NCBI GenBank assembly: GCA_973851085.1
Contig: OZ316775.1
Span: forward strand, 9,114,001-9,178,000
Origin: Ptychomitrium polyphyllum
Lineage: Eukaryota
DNA length: 64,000 nucleotides
Reading direction: 5' to 3'
Positions 1-16,068 of the stretch are shown one piece after another. The translations under genes and the position numbers were made by a program. The notes below the pieces were generated by a model. It was not told where the DNA came from, made no database searches, and was given only the letters and a program-made list of their open reading frames with translations. Position 1 is the first letter of the stretch. Each line of letters begins with the position of its first letter.

Positions 1-1049
1 AGACTAGTGTCAAATGAAGTCGTTCGAGTTTTCGAACTATTTTCCTTCCCACATTCTACTCTCAGTTCCTCCACTACACACATCGGGTTCCAGCGGTTCA
101 CCCGGAAGTGACTTCCAACACTACTTCCTCCACATGGCCACAACGTCGGAATCTGTTCTTTTTTGAAAATGCTGATGCTTGACTGCTGTGCACCTACCGG
201 ATAAAGCGGAAAGTAGGTGCGGTCCACATTTCTCGTGCCACCTCTATTTAGAATCCTATCACACTACTACGCGTTAACTCCCATCTCCACACTAAGTCAA
301 CGTATGATACTAAACACGAGCTCGAGGCCTCTTTGAATCTAACACTCTACTCATGCTTCACATGCAGCTGGCCCCGTTGTTATTACACCATAGCTTCACA
401 GAAAATCCAGCGACCTGTAACACCACGTTATCGAAACTAGAACAATCTTCAAGCATGCTACGTCAACATGAACGGTAGAGGTTGCGAAAGTCCAACAATT
501 CTGGAGTCTGCAGCTGTGCCTAGGTAGTGTTCTCTGTCTCTTCTGGACAAACTTTTACGGCAAGAATCTCGGCGAGCAACTCAAATGGTCACAGCTATCT
601 AAAAGCATGGAAGAGTTGGAGCTAGTGAGACAGACCTCGAATACAACTTCCGGAAGTATCGCCCGGCTTCGACGTACAGCATGCGCAATCCAGCATCCTC
701 AGTAAGACCTCGGTGATGCTGTCCGCAATGAGCTATCCTCTTGAAATCCATGGAACCAAAGCCATCTCCTTCTAACTTAATGAAGCAGCTGCCATCGCCA
801 TATGTGGCTGTTGTTGTTCTCCTTGGGCAGTAGAGTTCTAGCTGACAAAACATTCCGAGTAATTCCTGCATGCGTTTCATGAAGAGAAGATGTGGCGCTG
901 CAGGAACTCGGAGCAGAAAGAACAGCGGCGGCATGATTAGCTTGATGACGCCACTGGACCCAAATCCTAATTCATCTTTTGTAGGATACAGAGTGAGGAA
1001 TCGGCCACTTCAATGCATCCATGATTGGCCATTTGCTTTGAGACTTAGG

Positions 1050-3230
1050 GCTGCTTTACATTCGGAGAAGAAAATAAATTTAGCCCTATTAAGGCATACT
1101 TGTATTATGCAATGGAGAGGTCATGGGAGAACATGGAAAGACATTAGAATAATCAAGATGGAAAGATGGAAATCTTTTTTTCTTTAGGAACTAGCTCTGG
1201 GGTTGCTATTTGATGAGCACTTTGTCAACAAGAGAAATTTTTTCAGCAATAGTTGTTGTTATGTAGGTGGCCAATTCCTTTTCTCATCAACTTTCATATT
1301 GCTTCTCTTATGAGCAAGGAGACAAGGTGTCAAGCATTATAAGTTATAAGAGAATTTGAAAATTTTGACCAACTATAATATTGGTGTAATTTTTTTATTA
1401 TGGCAATAACATCTTTCCTTGTAGACAATGGACAAAGGCATAAAATAGCCCTTAATATTGAAGTAAGATTCTATTGTAATTTTTTTTTGATTCAAATTGA
1501 TGTGATACATGTGAAATATTTTAAAAATCAAAGTAGTATATAATTAAATTTTAACATAATTTTTATTTGATAATTTTTTTTTTTTAAGGATTATTTTAAG
1601 GTATAGTGTGGTTTTTTTAAATAATCATTTTGCATTTAGAAATGTTATTTCTTCTTGAAAAGTATGTTTTACTAAGAATTGAAGAAATTTATACGTTGAA
1701 TTATCAAATTAGAGTCATTTCTTCATATATTTAGTATCATGTGTCTTTAATATCATTTATTATTAATTTCTACTTTCTAAGATGAAAATTAATATAAAAT
1801 TTAATGATTATATTGATGTAATTATAGGTTTTTTTGTCAAATGTTATGAAAAAAATAATTAATTTTAAAAATATTTCCATTGACGAAATATTTTGATAAT
1901 AGTATAACATATTATATATTTTTTTACTTGATTACAATTCAATTACTTAATAATAATTTTCTTAAAGCATTTACAAATTTATATATTGTAATTCTTTTCA
2001 AAATGATCAAGGAAAAATACAACTTAAACTTCAATCCATTTAAATGAATATAATGCAAACTATTGGATTAATGAGCAAATCAAATTAATCAAACTATATT
2101 TCACAAGTATATTGTTAATTGTTGAAAGACGATTTAAAAAGATATAACCTCTAGATAAAATAAAATGATATAATAAATTTTATTAAATCAATTGTATTGA
2201 CCTTTATATTAATTTAAATTTGATAAATATTATTTTTAATTCAATTTTTCTTTACTTAGGATATAAAAATTACATAAGATCCAATTAAATTATGCTTTTA
2301 ATTAATCAAACATCTTAAAAGTACTTTACCAAAATAAACCATATTAATTATTTGATTACATGAAAAAACATAATAAATCTATAGAATTTTGTAGAACATC
2401 CTTCAAATTAACTTTGAGAAAGATATTTAATATTTGGTAAAAATTAGAATTTTATGATATATTAAAATTATGAATTATATTCATAAAGTATCAAAATTTA
2501 AAAATGTCATAAAATAGAAACTAACTTAATATTCATATTAAATATTTCACTAATTATTGATATTTTATTGATTATATTCATTCAAAAAAAATATAAAAAT
2601 TTTAACAATTCAAAATAATCCAAATAAAAGAAAAATCCAACTTTTGGAAGTATTATTTTATAAATAGCCGATTTGATATTATATATCAAGTTTTTAATTA
2701 TTTATTTAAGCGTACAATAAATTGTAAAATCATATACAATTATCATGTAAAATTAAAAAATGAATTGTATACTATTCTTCATATAAATCAATGTGTGTTA
2801 AATTTTTTTTTAGATATTCTAAAAAGAATAATTTAATAAATTTTTTAATTCATGTACACATAAAATTACAATTAGGTTATTTTAATTCATTTTTTAATTC
2901 ATTTTTTATCATAGATTCATGAAAAAAAGTATTATAGATTAAATAAATTATTTGGTTAAATAATTATTATATGCAATTCATTAGAGACACTTTATAATAT
3001 TATCATCTTCAATAAAAGATTTTTAAAAATCAACATTTTTTTCTTAATTGGTAATGAATTTTGGTTGGTTTGTTAATTATAATAACATGATAACATTTAT
3101 TTATATTATACCAATTGTGATAGCATCTTCAAAAAGTTATTTCAGATCAAAGTTTATTGATATAAATTTGATTCAGAAAAAATTTTATATTATTTTTTAG
3201 AATATTTTATTTAAATATTTCACTTAAGAT
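1050..3230. repeat. Very AT-rich tract, probably decayed transposon remnants
   Basis: Abrupt shift to extreme AT content with no ORF of 60 aa or more over ~2 kb; similar composition to the 52.7-53.5 kb tract. Family not identifiable. Confidence 0.4.
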
Positions 3231-4086
3231 GTTTACAGCGGTCAGTGATGCTGGTTTCTGCAGTAGTAGGCGAAAAACGAGCGTCGACCTTCATGGTCCT
3301 CACCATTCTGCCAAGCTTCACTTTCATGGTCTCTTAATCGTACGAGTGACTTGGAAGACATGTCCGGGATTAGTTAGAGATTTCATGGTTGCAAATGCTC
3401 CTGCAACAGAATGATGTGTTTGCAAAGTCTAACCAGGTGCACGAATCTGGAAACCATATCCACGCAAGTAACCTCAAACAAGATGATTCAGTTGCAAGTT
3501 ATACTTGCAATAAGTTAGTTTACAAATGCAGCACGGCTTCAGAAAATCATTTCACATTACATTGAGCAAGGACTGAACGATGGTACTCCGCCCATTCAAT
3601 CCCATGAACCTGCTATATACAGCAGAATCCAGGGATGGCAAGGTCTGCAATATTTGATTCATTTTCTCTGTCCAACAATACAAATTTGTTAAACTGAAAC
3701 ATGCACCATAATGCACAGACAAAGAGCATGACATAGCATGGTTTTCACTCATGATTTGTGGAAATTCTAGATAAAATCCGCCACCGACTTGCGCAGAGCA
3801 TGTTATTAAACCTAGCCATATAGTCATTCTTTCCAAGACCATTTAGCCGACTCAAGGGATCATTGTTCCCATGCCTTGCCTAATATCTCCTCGCCTGCGG
3901 CCATCCAGCTCAATCAAGCATCGGAGGCTCAACAAACTAAGTACTCCGTTAGGGAAAAGTACTCGAAATCGCGATTTGTGGGGTGCTGTTGCTACTCCGT
4001 TTCATTTGCAGGTAGCTGTATTAATACTACCACAACTACAATCGTCAAAGTAGTGGAAGGCCTAAATATAGCGTGCATAGTTTACT

Positions 4087-5500
4087 TTACGCTGCATACA
4101 TGTAGAACAAACCTCTGAAGCAAGAGCCCCATTCCATGCCGTTGGCTCTAGCAGCAAGCTTTGGCATCTGTCCCCCTAATGTGCCAGCCATGAGCGCGTA
4201 CTTGAACGGTCCAAATGGGGTTCTGAAGCAACACCAAAATACTAATGCAGTTATTGAACTGACATAGCCAAGTGAGTGCTTGAGAAATCAGAAACAACTG
4301 TAAATGAAAGTCTGAATGCGATCAACTATAAAAGCAGCGATCGAGATTTACCGTGTGCCGCCGGAAGTGGTGATCTTCATCAAACGCCACGGGCAGCCAT
4401 CCGCCGACATTTGAACAGGCAGGGCACTCTGATACCCGGAGAGCCAGAATCCGTTGGGATCGTTGAACTTCCAAAGCAAGTTGCTGCCATCAGGGCCAGG
4501 CTTAGCAACATTACCAACTTTTCCGAGAATGCTACCGCCTGCAACACTACGCATGGTAGCGAAAAAACCCTCGTTATGCCATTTCCCAGCTGTGAACTTA
4601 TACCGCATCGTTCCTTCCAAATAGACTACTTGCACAAACAACCCCTTAGGGGCAAGAGTAGCGGGAATATTCTGAGGAGGTTCACGGTCTTGGGTGTAGA
4701 AAGTAAAATTTCCGAAGAATGGGACACCAGATGTAGTACCATCAGATGAGCACAAAGCTTTTTTGGGCGGCAAACCACCCTTTGACTCGGTAAGGGAAAC
4801 AAATGCAACCTGGTCTGCATCTCCAGAGCCAGTATGTTTCTTAACAATTGCCAAGTACTCGGAGATGGCTGTTGGAGACACTTTTTGAGATTTCAACGCC
4901 GAGGCTGCATAAGAATATCAACTGTACAACATAAGATACCGAGTGCAAATCACATTGCTAAATACCACAACTGAAGAAAAACTAATTGTTGACGATGCCC
5001 GAGTTACTCACCTTCCAGACCGCAGGTAGTACTTCCAGATTCAATAGCACTTCCAATTGTGTTGATGATCTTCCAGATATAAGTTATGACATGCGTGTTC
5101 TGGTTGTAGACTGACCAGTAGTTCCCAAGTTTTGAACCGTCTGGAGCATAAACAACTGCGGATGAACCCGTCTGAACCCAGCAGCCACCTTTGCAGACAT
5201 ATTTCTGCGTTCCCTTTGCAGTTTTTCCCGTAAATCCCGCGCTGGGGAAAGAACCAGTACATACAGTTCAATTCTCAAAAGCACACAGAAAAAACCTCTG
5301 CATCGCTAGGAGTCGCTCGCAATTTAAAATGGTCCAAAAACATATACCTTCCGTTGAAAAATCTGTGCAGCATTAAAACTCAGCCATACAGATCTAGCAT
5401 GTGGTTACCTGAATCCTGTAGGAGGGACGAGGTAGTGTGCGGAGACAACGCTCCATGAAAGCACAGCAATGACACAAAGAATGAGGACCTGCTTCGACAT
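4087..5500 (-). CDS. Secreted protein with two tandem DUF3455-like domains (336 aa); exons complement(5409..5500, 5012..5241, 4352..4904, 4087..4222)
   Basis: Four exons with GT-AG junctions splice in frame (1011 nt). Signal peptide MSKQVLILCVIAVLSWSVVSA. Domain 1: AKGTQKYVC..W..A..G..YW ... AISEYL ... V.FV..TESKGGLPP...C...VPFFGNFTFY. Domain 2: EGTMRY..W ... CPWRLMK ... FKYALMAGTLGGQMP ... FRGLFYMY. Confidence 0.8.
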
Positions 5501-8500
5501 TTTGCTGACTTCAAATCCACTCTCTATACGCCTCGACAAACTTGGTCTGCATAATGTCCAAGAAAATAGGGCACGCATCAGCACGGCATAACATATATCA
5601 TTGATAAGTGCAAAACAAATAAAAAACCAAGGAGTACTAATCATGCATTGTAGCACAACCAGAACCCTAAACCAAAATACGAAATCACGTCTGTAAACCG
5701 CATCTGGCTACTACAACCATCACAAACCTCTCACTAGACACATTGAGCATCAGTGCACCCAACTGCAGTACACTTGCCAACATAATGGCGACCCATCCAC
5801 GAATGATTTTCCGACGCCAATCATCCGCCCCAGACTTCCAAAAGTCTAATCAAGTCACTTACATTCTTCACGCTTCAAAGCAGCTGCGAACGCCATTCAC
5901 AAACTCTGGCGCTTCAACGTCTTGACAACAGAGAGAAGGTTTGATCAGGCCAAGTGATTTGATAATGAGAAGCAATGGTGGCAACAGTTTATAGGAAGCT
6001 CCATACTGTCAAAATTTTGAAACATAGTCACTGTTGTCATCCACGTACAGAATTCTGAAATTAGGTTGCCAATCTTGTCAACGCCCCTTGGTTCCCGTCG
6101 CTGGCATGTGAGCTCGGTGGATTGCATTCCATGCCAGTTCCAAAGTCCAATCTTTGAAATCCGATCGCTCCCAAAGATTTGTTGCATCAGAGCTCGTCCC
6201 CCATCCCATCTCTTTAGCTGCTACCTGCAGCCTCCTTGTGATTGTACCATGTCCGACGGTCTTGCGGCAGGCTCTCAACTTTAGCAACGAGGCTTCACCG
6301 TTCCAGACTGCACCGCAGTCAACGCCGACATCGCTATTATGCAACCCCACGATCTGCCAGATTTAGCATAGCTGCTGCAGAATTATACTAAATGCTGGCG
6401 GTGCACTGTGCTAAACGTCCACTGAATGCTCACTCAGCAGATCATCCTCGCTCACTTTCATCTCGATCTGCTCGTCTCAGGATTTCGCTCAGAGAGTCCA
6501 AATCCCAGCGCCATCACCGCAGCTACAACCACCACTGCCGACAGTTGATACTCCAAAATCTTCGTGACCCATAGATAACATCACTTCAGCAGAATGGAGG
6601 TGGCCATGTAGACTCTAAAAAGAAAAAGGTAAAAGACTTTGTTTAATTATTAAAAGATTCACACTTAAAGGATCGTTGGAGAGTATATATGAGAAGCTTG
6701 AAAGAGTACTTATCTCTATTCTCTACTTGAGTGATTTTTGTATGATTTTCAAAGAGATCACTTCGTTGGATGAAGAACCTTAATTCACATCCCGTTAGGT
6801 TAAAAAATTTCTTAAGTTATTATATGATAATTTTTCAATATTGTTAATTGCATGTTGATATATTTATTTGTGGATGTACTATTGAATGGATTGAAACCTT
6901 TGTGATAGCTACTGTCTATTATGTTGGCAACCACATAATTCGTGCGCAGTAACGGTTTGTCACTATATCTGAAGCAGACCTTATCTACGCTGCTTCTAAG
7001 ATTGCATGCAGTAAATGGAAGTACTCTGTAGATAATACTGACTCCGTGCACAGTGACGGTTTTCGATGTGCTTCTCCGAAACGACGCATACACATGGCGC
7101 CTTTATTTTGCTGAAGCAATGCTATCTATGGATGATGAAGATTTCTAACGCTCAAGTAAAACTCAGTGGTGATTTTGGAAGCAGTCACAGAGTTTGGGCT
7201 GATTGGCTTCCTTGACATTACGTCGCAAAATCGCGAGCACCAGCGCCGCATTGCATCCACGCTGGGCACTGATGACCACTTACGTCCGTGTATCCGCCAT
7301 AAGGACGCGACCCATGTATACGGTGAGTATCTCCGGACGTGAGGACCTAAGTATTGTCCAAGTATAATCTCAAGTACTATTCTATGCCTCACCAGATCCG
7401 TGTATCTCTAAATTATCACCTAAGTATTAAAGTGGTATCATTTTGCGTGAATTTTGCAAACGAGGCTGTTACTTCATCAAGGTTATGCGTGTTGCCATTG
7501 TGGCAGTTTGCTCCAATTCCGCGCTATTCCCTCTTCTCCTTCTGCGATTTCCAGCTCTTCACCCTTGTCTGCTGGTGTTCTTTGTTTTCCCTGCTTCTAT
7601 GCGTGAAGATTTGTCTTCGTTCTTGTGTTTTTTAATGTCCGTGTGGATGCTGGAGTTTATAGCAAAGCTGTGAAAGTTTTTTACTACTAGTGTGACTTTG
7701 TAGGGACTGTGTTTTTGAACGGATGGTTCATACTTCCGCTGTGTCCTCTGATAAGTGCGAAGTGTGCTTTCTCTTTACAAAGGCGTAAAGTAATTATGGT
7801 GCGTGTTTTGAAACATTTGAATTTCGTTGAGTGCTTTTTCTACTTCCAGCGGGATTTATTTCCTCACTCTGTATGCAGCGTGGTTCTTTACAGCGCTTTC
7901 TGTTTGCAACGAGGTCATGTGATACCGTTGTTGGCTTTTATTACGATAACTTGGTCATGTGAGCACTACCCTAAAAATTCGTGTAGAAATGAACATGTAA
8001 GATTACAATATTAAGCCACATGGTCTTGCACCACTTCTACACAAGTGCATCTGGGTAGAGATTCTAATTGGAGTTAATGTTCAGCAAAATTTAACACTTT
8101 GATCTTTCAGTGCTGTTGATCATGGTGAAGGGTCATCCAGCTAAAGAATGTTTTGGAAGGTAGGAACAAGTACATGCTGAAGTATAATACCGTAACCATA
8201 TATCAAAACCCTAAGAAGCGACTCATCTTCTCATGGCAAAGCACAACTGCACATGGGTACCTTTTAATGTTACGATAAGCACAGCTGCTCCCAACTCTAA
8301 AATTTGTAGCACTGTTTGCATTATGCACCATTAACATACTGCAGAGTCGTAGGGAACAGTTAACGTCTTCCTAATCTTAAGGGCTCTTCCACCTCGACTC
8401 AAGCATTTTGATGGATTGATCATGCACTTCGGATACCAGTCCCCACCTAGGATTGCAGTTATATTGTAGTCAATGTGCCTGCCGTGCTCTTCGGATGCCA

Positions 8501-9653
8501 TAGCTTTTGAGAAATGGTCGGTAAGAGATAATCGACCATGGTCACAAACGTGTCACAGTTGTATACCTTACGCTAAGTCTTTTTGGGGTTCATATAGTCA
8601 CATAGTCTTTCAAAGCTGGGTGGACCACACTATCTCATAGTCTTCTCTCGTGCAGAACCTAGCTGAGGATCGTGCTATGCGCTTAAGTATCAACAGGGAA
8701 AATATTATTTCCAGTGTTTCAGTATTACAGTGATGGTACATCCACTGCTTTACCACTTTACTACTAAAGTACTTTGCTAACGCACATGTTGAAGAATGGT
8801 GTGCACAGACCAGTGACCCCGTCATTTTCGGGATTCTGTCCTGTAATGCTGAATGGAAAGAGAAAGGTGCTAATGAACAACGCCTTCAAAATACGTATTG
8901 ATTGTTCTGCTTTGATGTTCTAATCAATCTAGCTACTCTTCTAAAAGGTCGTTAACAAAGTCCTGTAATTTAAGTTAGTACTACAAGCTGGTCAGTTGTG
9001 CTTTGTTTTTTGAGAGGTCGCAATTAAGGTGCAGTGATGTGCAGATAAACCTCTGGATTGATTTCAGCAATTGGAATCAGAGGTGGCTGCTTCCTCCTCA
9101 CTAACTTATTACCAATCATTTGCCTTGACTAATTTGAGAACAACTCCTGTGTCCTTCTTCCAAGTCATTGTGCCAAGGGAACTGAGAAAAACAAAAGGGG
9201 CTGCCTTTAGCGATTTCTGAGGTTTCTTGAACTGTACAGCGAGGTGTTAGCATGCGAACTATTTCTCCCTGTTTTTCAGAATCCAAGGAAATAATACAAA
9301 GGTCAGCACAAATTGGACAGAATTTCAATGTCCATGTCCTCTAACGTAAACGAATCTGTATTCATCACGTGATAGCTTCATCTCTGTCCACAAACTTTTT
9401 CTAGGACCAATATGAAGAAGCAAATTAGGCCGAAGTAGCTGCTCAGAAGCTACTTCTGAACTGCCACCATATTGATTGACTTCACAGCTGACGCCTGCTC
9501 TACTGCTACTTTACCATTAACTTAAGCACATCCCGACACCCTCCAATCATACTCCTGAAAGGAAAAAAACTTCAGGCACGTTGTTGAATGACTGAAATTC
9601 AGTCATATCTTCTAGGAAATGATGACATGTTGCTGGAATTGTCCACCTCTACC

Positions 9654-9669
9654 CACGTGGTGTTTGACT
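9654..9669 (+). promoter_or_regulatory. G-box (CACGTG) plus W-box (TTGACT) module upstream of the peroxidase
   Basis: CACGTGGTGTTTGACT ~160 bp upstream of the ATG, identical in the diverged duplicate promoter at 12883..12898. Confidence 0.5.
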
Positions 9670-9827
9670 ACAAAAATGCAGTTCAGATGTGAGCCTATAT
9701 CAACATCTTCACATGACAAGAATATGACAAGCTTCTTGCCGCAGTAAATACTTCCCTCAAGTTGTTGCTCTTCAACACGGGATTTCTGAACTCTTTCACT
9801 TCAGCTGAAACTGAAAACTGGGTGACT

Positions 9828-11511
<1,684 letters not shown>

Positions 11512-12882
11512 TCTGCAAACCACTCTTTATAAAAAAATTGCAAGCGGTTTGGAGAGAATTTTTGTGAAGCTTTGATGGCTTCTCTATTTGGGAACAAGTA
11601 GAAAAGAATATAATATATCGTAAGTTTATTTCTGTAGATCCGATTGCACCTGGATATCAGTGGCGCTGTTACCAGTGGGTCCAGTTCTTGAATGGGCTTG
11701 AAGTCTGGAGAGAGAGAAGTTTTGATGAGATCTGGTTGTTATCTCATGGTAACGGCTTGCTTATATCAATGTAATATGCTTGTGAAAGTTGTTTAAATGA
11801 ATTTGGTGCACTTCCGTGACATCGTGGAGCACCAGGTCTTTGCCTATTGCTTTCGCTTGATTTCTGCGTCACGAATCTTGTGGAAAGGACGAAAATGGCA
11901 TTTTTAATATTGTAGCGATTGCTGACGGTGCATTAGCTCCAATCCGGGAAGTTGCCTTCCATTTTTCCTAAATCACACTGTCACATTAATTTTGTAAAGC
12001 GAATTGTCGATAAAACTCGTGACCCCTTCACAATGGTGATTGGTGATTTCGGGACATGTGATCCTTCAATGGATAAAAAGACAGCAACCTGTAGAAATAT
12101 GCTAAAACAATGTACGTCGATTTTGAAGCATTACAACTTCAAATCTCTTGGTTTTCTGATCGTTGAGAACGGTCTTGAACATACAAAATACACCTACTCA
12201 ACGCATAATCTATCTCTAAAACCAATGTGAAGCAGGAGTGAATAGTAAAAACTCCCACTGAAGAGCAGTCCCTCGACATGCACATTCGGCATATCCGCTG
12301 AGTTCAATGCCCCTAGAACATTCAGATTCCAATATCCAGCCCACACCACAGTACTGTATGTCTACAGTGTGCATAACAAAACGACACTCCTTTCATGTTC
12401 CTGCGTCACTTAACTTATTCCTACGTATATGTTACCTACACTGGTACCTATACATGCTTCGCAAACTTTGCTCACTCTTCTAAGATTCACAAAGCAGAGA
12501 CATATCTATCCTCCATAATTGCTAAGTGGTCAAATAAATGTCTGTATTCATAAAGTCATGGGTTAGTATCTGGCTAGGTCGTCTGTGTTCACTAAGTAGT
12601 ACTCCGAAATCTCTGTGCACACATTCGCTCTAACACATTGGAAGAAGCAAATGCGGCTGTAAAGCTGCCCTTAGGCTACTTCTGGACTGACTAACTTCAC
12701 ATTTGAGACCGAGTATTGCTGCTTTACCCTTAAATTTCTGTCCCTTATACTGGAAACTCGGGGCTGACCAATAAAACGCTTTCGAAAACAATAAAACATG
12801 TAGACGTAAATTCGTTGAATGGTGAAATTCAATCCTATCCTCAAGGAAATGATGGTACGTTGCTGAATTCGTCGACTCTACT

Positions 12883-12898
12883 CACGTGGTGTTTGACT
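12883..12898 (+). promoter_or_regulatory. G-box plus W-box module in the duplicated peroxidase promoter
   Basis: Identical 16-mer to 9654..9669. Confidence 0.45.
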
Positions 12899-13132
12899 CA
12901 ACAAAGATGCAGTTGAAATACGCCCATTCATGTGAGCCTGCGGGTAAATCTTAGTATATGAACTTCTTTAGATGACAAGCATATGACGAGCTTCTTCTTA
13001 GCGCATTGTCGAGGTCTTAACATCTGAAGTTGCTGGCTCCAGTTGCTGCATTCCCTCCTCAAGTTGCTACTCTTGAGATCTCACTTGATTTTTAGAGAGC
13101 TGCACTTCAGCTGAACTGAATATTGAGTTACT

Positions 13133-13363
13133 ATGGGTATCCCTAAAGATGATGGTTTGATGATAATTTGTGTATGTGTGGTGGCAATGGTGGTGATGTC
13201 AAGTATTGGCTCAGCTGTAGCTACTCTTACCACCGACTTCTATGATGAGTCTTGCCCCCAGATATACTCCATTGTCAAGGCGGAGGTTCACAAGGCTGTG
13301 GAAGCCGAAGCCAGAATAGCCGCTTCCTTAGTTCGTCTACATTTCCATGACTGCTTCGTCCAT
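13133..13363 (+). pseudogene. Truncated peroxidase paralog (promoter, exon 1 and start of intron 1 only)
   Basis: Exon 1 MGIPKDD...LTTDFYDESCPQIYSIVKAEV...RLHFHDCFVH|GT is paralogous to 9828..10055. No GCDGS/VSCAD exon found before the convergent AK6 gene. Confidence 0.8.
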
Positions 13364-16068
13364 GTAAGGAACTCATTGCCAGATACAGGCCGTGATAATG
13401 TCATCCCTACCACTTGCAATGGCTTCAGCCCCTGTGGTTGATAGGTTTTCTCTGGCCAAATTGCTCTATTATATGTATTTGAATGACCACTTAACCAATT
13501 CAAATTCAGTAGTGCTGGATTAGGTGCGGCTCTTCAAAATGTTCTTTTAATCAACTCATCATCTCGAGCTGTAAAAATTTAGTGCATTTGCAGTACGCCA
13601 GCAGGATTGCAGCACCCATACTCGTGTCTGCGAAAGTTCATACCGTCATTGGTCGTTCACATTATTTACACAAACTAAAGCACCATTCTAGTTGATTCAT
13701 TCCTTTGCCGATATCCTTGCCAAGCGTTTGTCCGTGTACTTGAACGCCGTAGCTTTAAACAGTTTTGACAGTAGAAGCCCGGACAAGTTCCACAACACGT
13801 TTTTCAAATATCTGCAAAAGGTCACGGTATGATTCGACGCGACCTGACACTGTGGAGCACTCCAAGATTGAATCAGGCCGTAGTCAGGGACTTTGCTGTG
13901 AACCAGTCCTAAAATTTAAGCCAGTAAGCGCGCAGTTCCGTAATGAAGAGCATTATTAAACAACTCACTGGCCGAGAAGGAGAGATCAGACGAAATTGCA
14001 GCTCCTTGAACTCGCCACCTGCCTTTCTATTCGACTAGTTCTGCGCTTTGTACAACAGGAAATCCAATAATTCGTGTAAAGAAGACTTGTCACTCCAGTA
14101 TGAACTCGTCGTCGATTTCCACAACTTGTGTTCAACAGATAAATGCAGAACCACATTGCAAGTCTTTCAGCTCTCCTCCAGTAACAAATAAATTCGTCAC
14201 AAGCCTACTTCCAAATTCACTTCAGTAGGAAATTGTTACACCAAGATGGACTGGCACAGAATACCATCGTGGAGCAACCGTAGTTTATGCAATTCTCCTG
14301 CTGTCAACGTTGTCAGCTCTGAAACGGCATCTGAAACCTTTGAAATTCTCGTCCAGTTGTGTACTGGGCGTCGTAAGTAGCGAGGATCGTAAGAGCGTCG
14401 CACAAACACATGATGCAGTAGAGCTTGTCTGGAGCAACACCTCCTCATACATATGCTTAGTCTTTGGCTCGATGAGAAAACTCCTTGGTCTCTTCACCTC
14501 TCACCGTGCTGAAGTAGAGGACCTATCAGGCGCAACTGATCGAGTGCCGGATGGAGTGACCTCTATGTCGAAGACATTGAACCAGAAAAACTGCAAGGAT
14601 TACTTGAACACCTCGGTGTGTTTAACCGCAGGCAGACGGGACACATGTGACGCTTCTGGTTGGCACGTTTGGAATGGAGTCCGAATCCACCTCGCAATCG
14701 GGAAAGTTGGAGTACCCCATGTCCGTCACTGCAGCAGAACAATCGGATTTTCCGATCGATGATGAGCAGCCAGATTGGATGACACAGTGCTCCGAGCTCG
14801 AACTCACAGCAGACCTAGAATATGATGTGCGACTTGTCCTCCGTCGGTGTATCGTCAATGGCAGGAGGCGAAAATGAAAGTGGTCCATGAGAACGTGCCA
14901 TGCAGGGTAATCAGCAGAGAGCATTCAGGCCCGTTATCCCTCCACTACACAGAGCGGGAGGTGTGCGCTGCTCGGTCCCCCGCCTCACGCGGTGTCCTCC
15001 TCTCTAACGCCCGCGACACCCTGACCCTGCGGTCAGGTTCCGCTGGCGACTCCGTGCTCGGAGCAGGGCGGACCCTCCACACGCCCCTGCTGGCCCTCCC
15101 ACGGTGCCTCATGTCCGCACCGTCCATCCCCCGCTCGGGCAACAGATGGGCGCGACACCATCCAGATGAAAGTCACCGTCGGCAGTGCCGCCTATATACC
15201 TACCGTGTTGCGGGTTTGGCAAAGATTATGGGGATGCGAAGGTTCGAGAGGGCATCCCGGATGTGCAAAAGCATTGGCATTAGACCATCCGGGAGCCGAC
15301 TTTTGCATCAAGGTTCAGAGGTGCCTGACATTCCGGCAATACAAGGGTGCACAGGTCACGAGTCTCTAGTCGATGCAAGTCTGTTAGACAGGCTACCTTT
15401 GTACAAGAATTAAAGAAATTTGACACTGTAGGAAACCATGAGGAAATCAGTGCACCTGTGTTGTACGCTGTAGTCTAGCTGAAAGTATGTGAAGGCACAA
15501 ATATTATTAGGAGCATTTAAAGCGGTAGTAGCTTTTCCAGAAGCCAGGTACTGGCAACACGGTTCTTAGGTCAGCATCGTCTCAGCCAGTTGTGTGAGTT
15601 TTGCGACGTTGACACCAGAAAGACTCAGTTTCTTAAGAAAAGTTGATGTGTTGGGCAACGGTGTAATGGAACCGTTAATTGCTAGCAATGTTTGATGATA
15701 AAACAATTCAGAGCATTAATTCTAAGACCGAACTCAGGAGAATGATCTACTGCCTAGCATGGCTAAGCTTGTCAGAGTTACCTATTCGACTCTTCAGACT
15801 TCAAACGACCTTCTGATTCTAAATTCGAAAGCCTGAGTACAGATGACGGCGGCCCACGGTCCAAGCTTTTATGGAACTGAACGCCAGACAGGCTTCCTTC
15901 TAACAGCCACTGATTTCGTTACCCTGCCCAAAATGACGATTGATTTTGCAGGTTCAAGGTTCCACAACCTGCACAAGCTTGAAAGTTGCTGGAAACTCAC
16001 AGAATGCACAGTCGGATTATCAAAAACTGCAAACGATGAAAAAGCTCTAATATACATTTAGCTCAAGC

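Noticed and set aside
599..1187. ORFs 599..934 (-) and 870..1187 (+)
   Set aside because: No recognisable domain or consistent exon structure; cannot be supported as genes.
4276..4749. 157-aa plus-strand ORF
   Set aside because: Antisense to exon 3 of the DUF3455-like gene.
5923..5940. TGACAACAGAGAGAAG, resembling the start of miR535/miR156-type sequences
   Set aside because: Only a partial match, and no complementary arm forming a hairpin nearby.
7131..7202. C/D-box snoRNA-like ATGATGA...CTGA
   Set aside because: No terminal stem and no recognisable rRNA-complementary guide.
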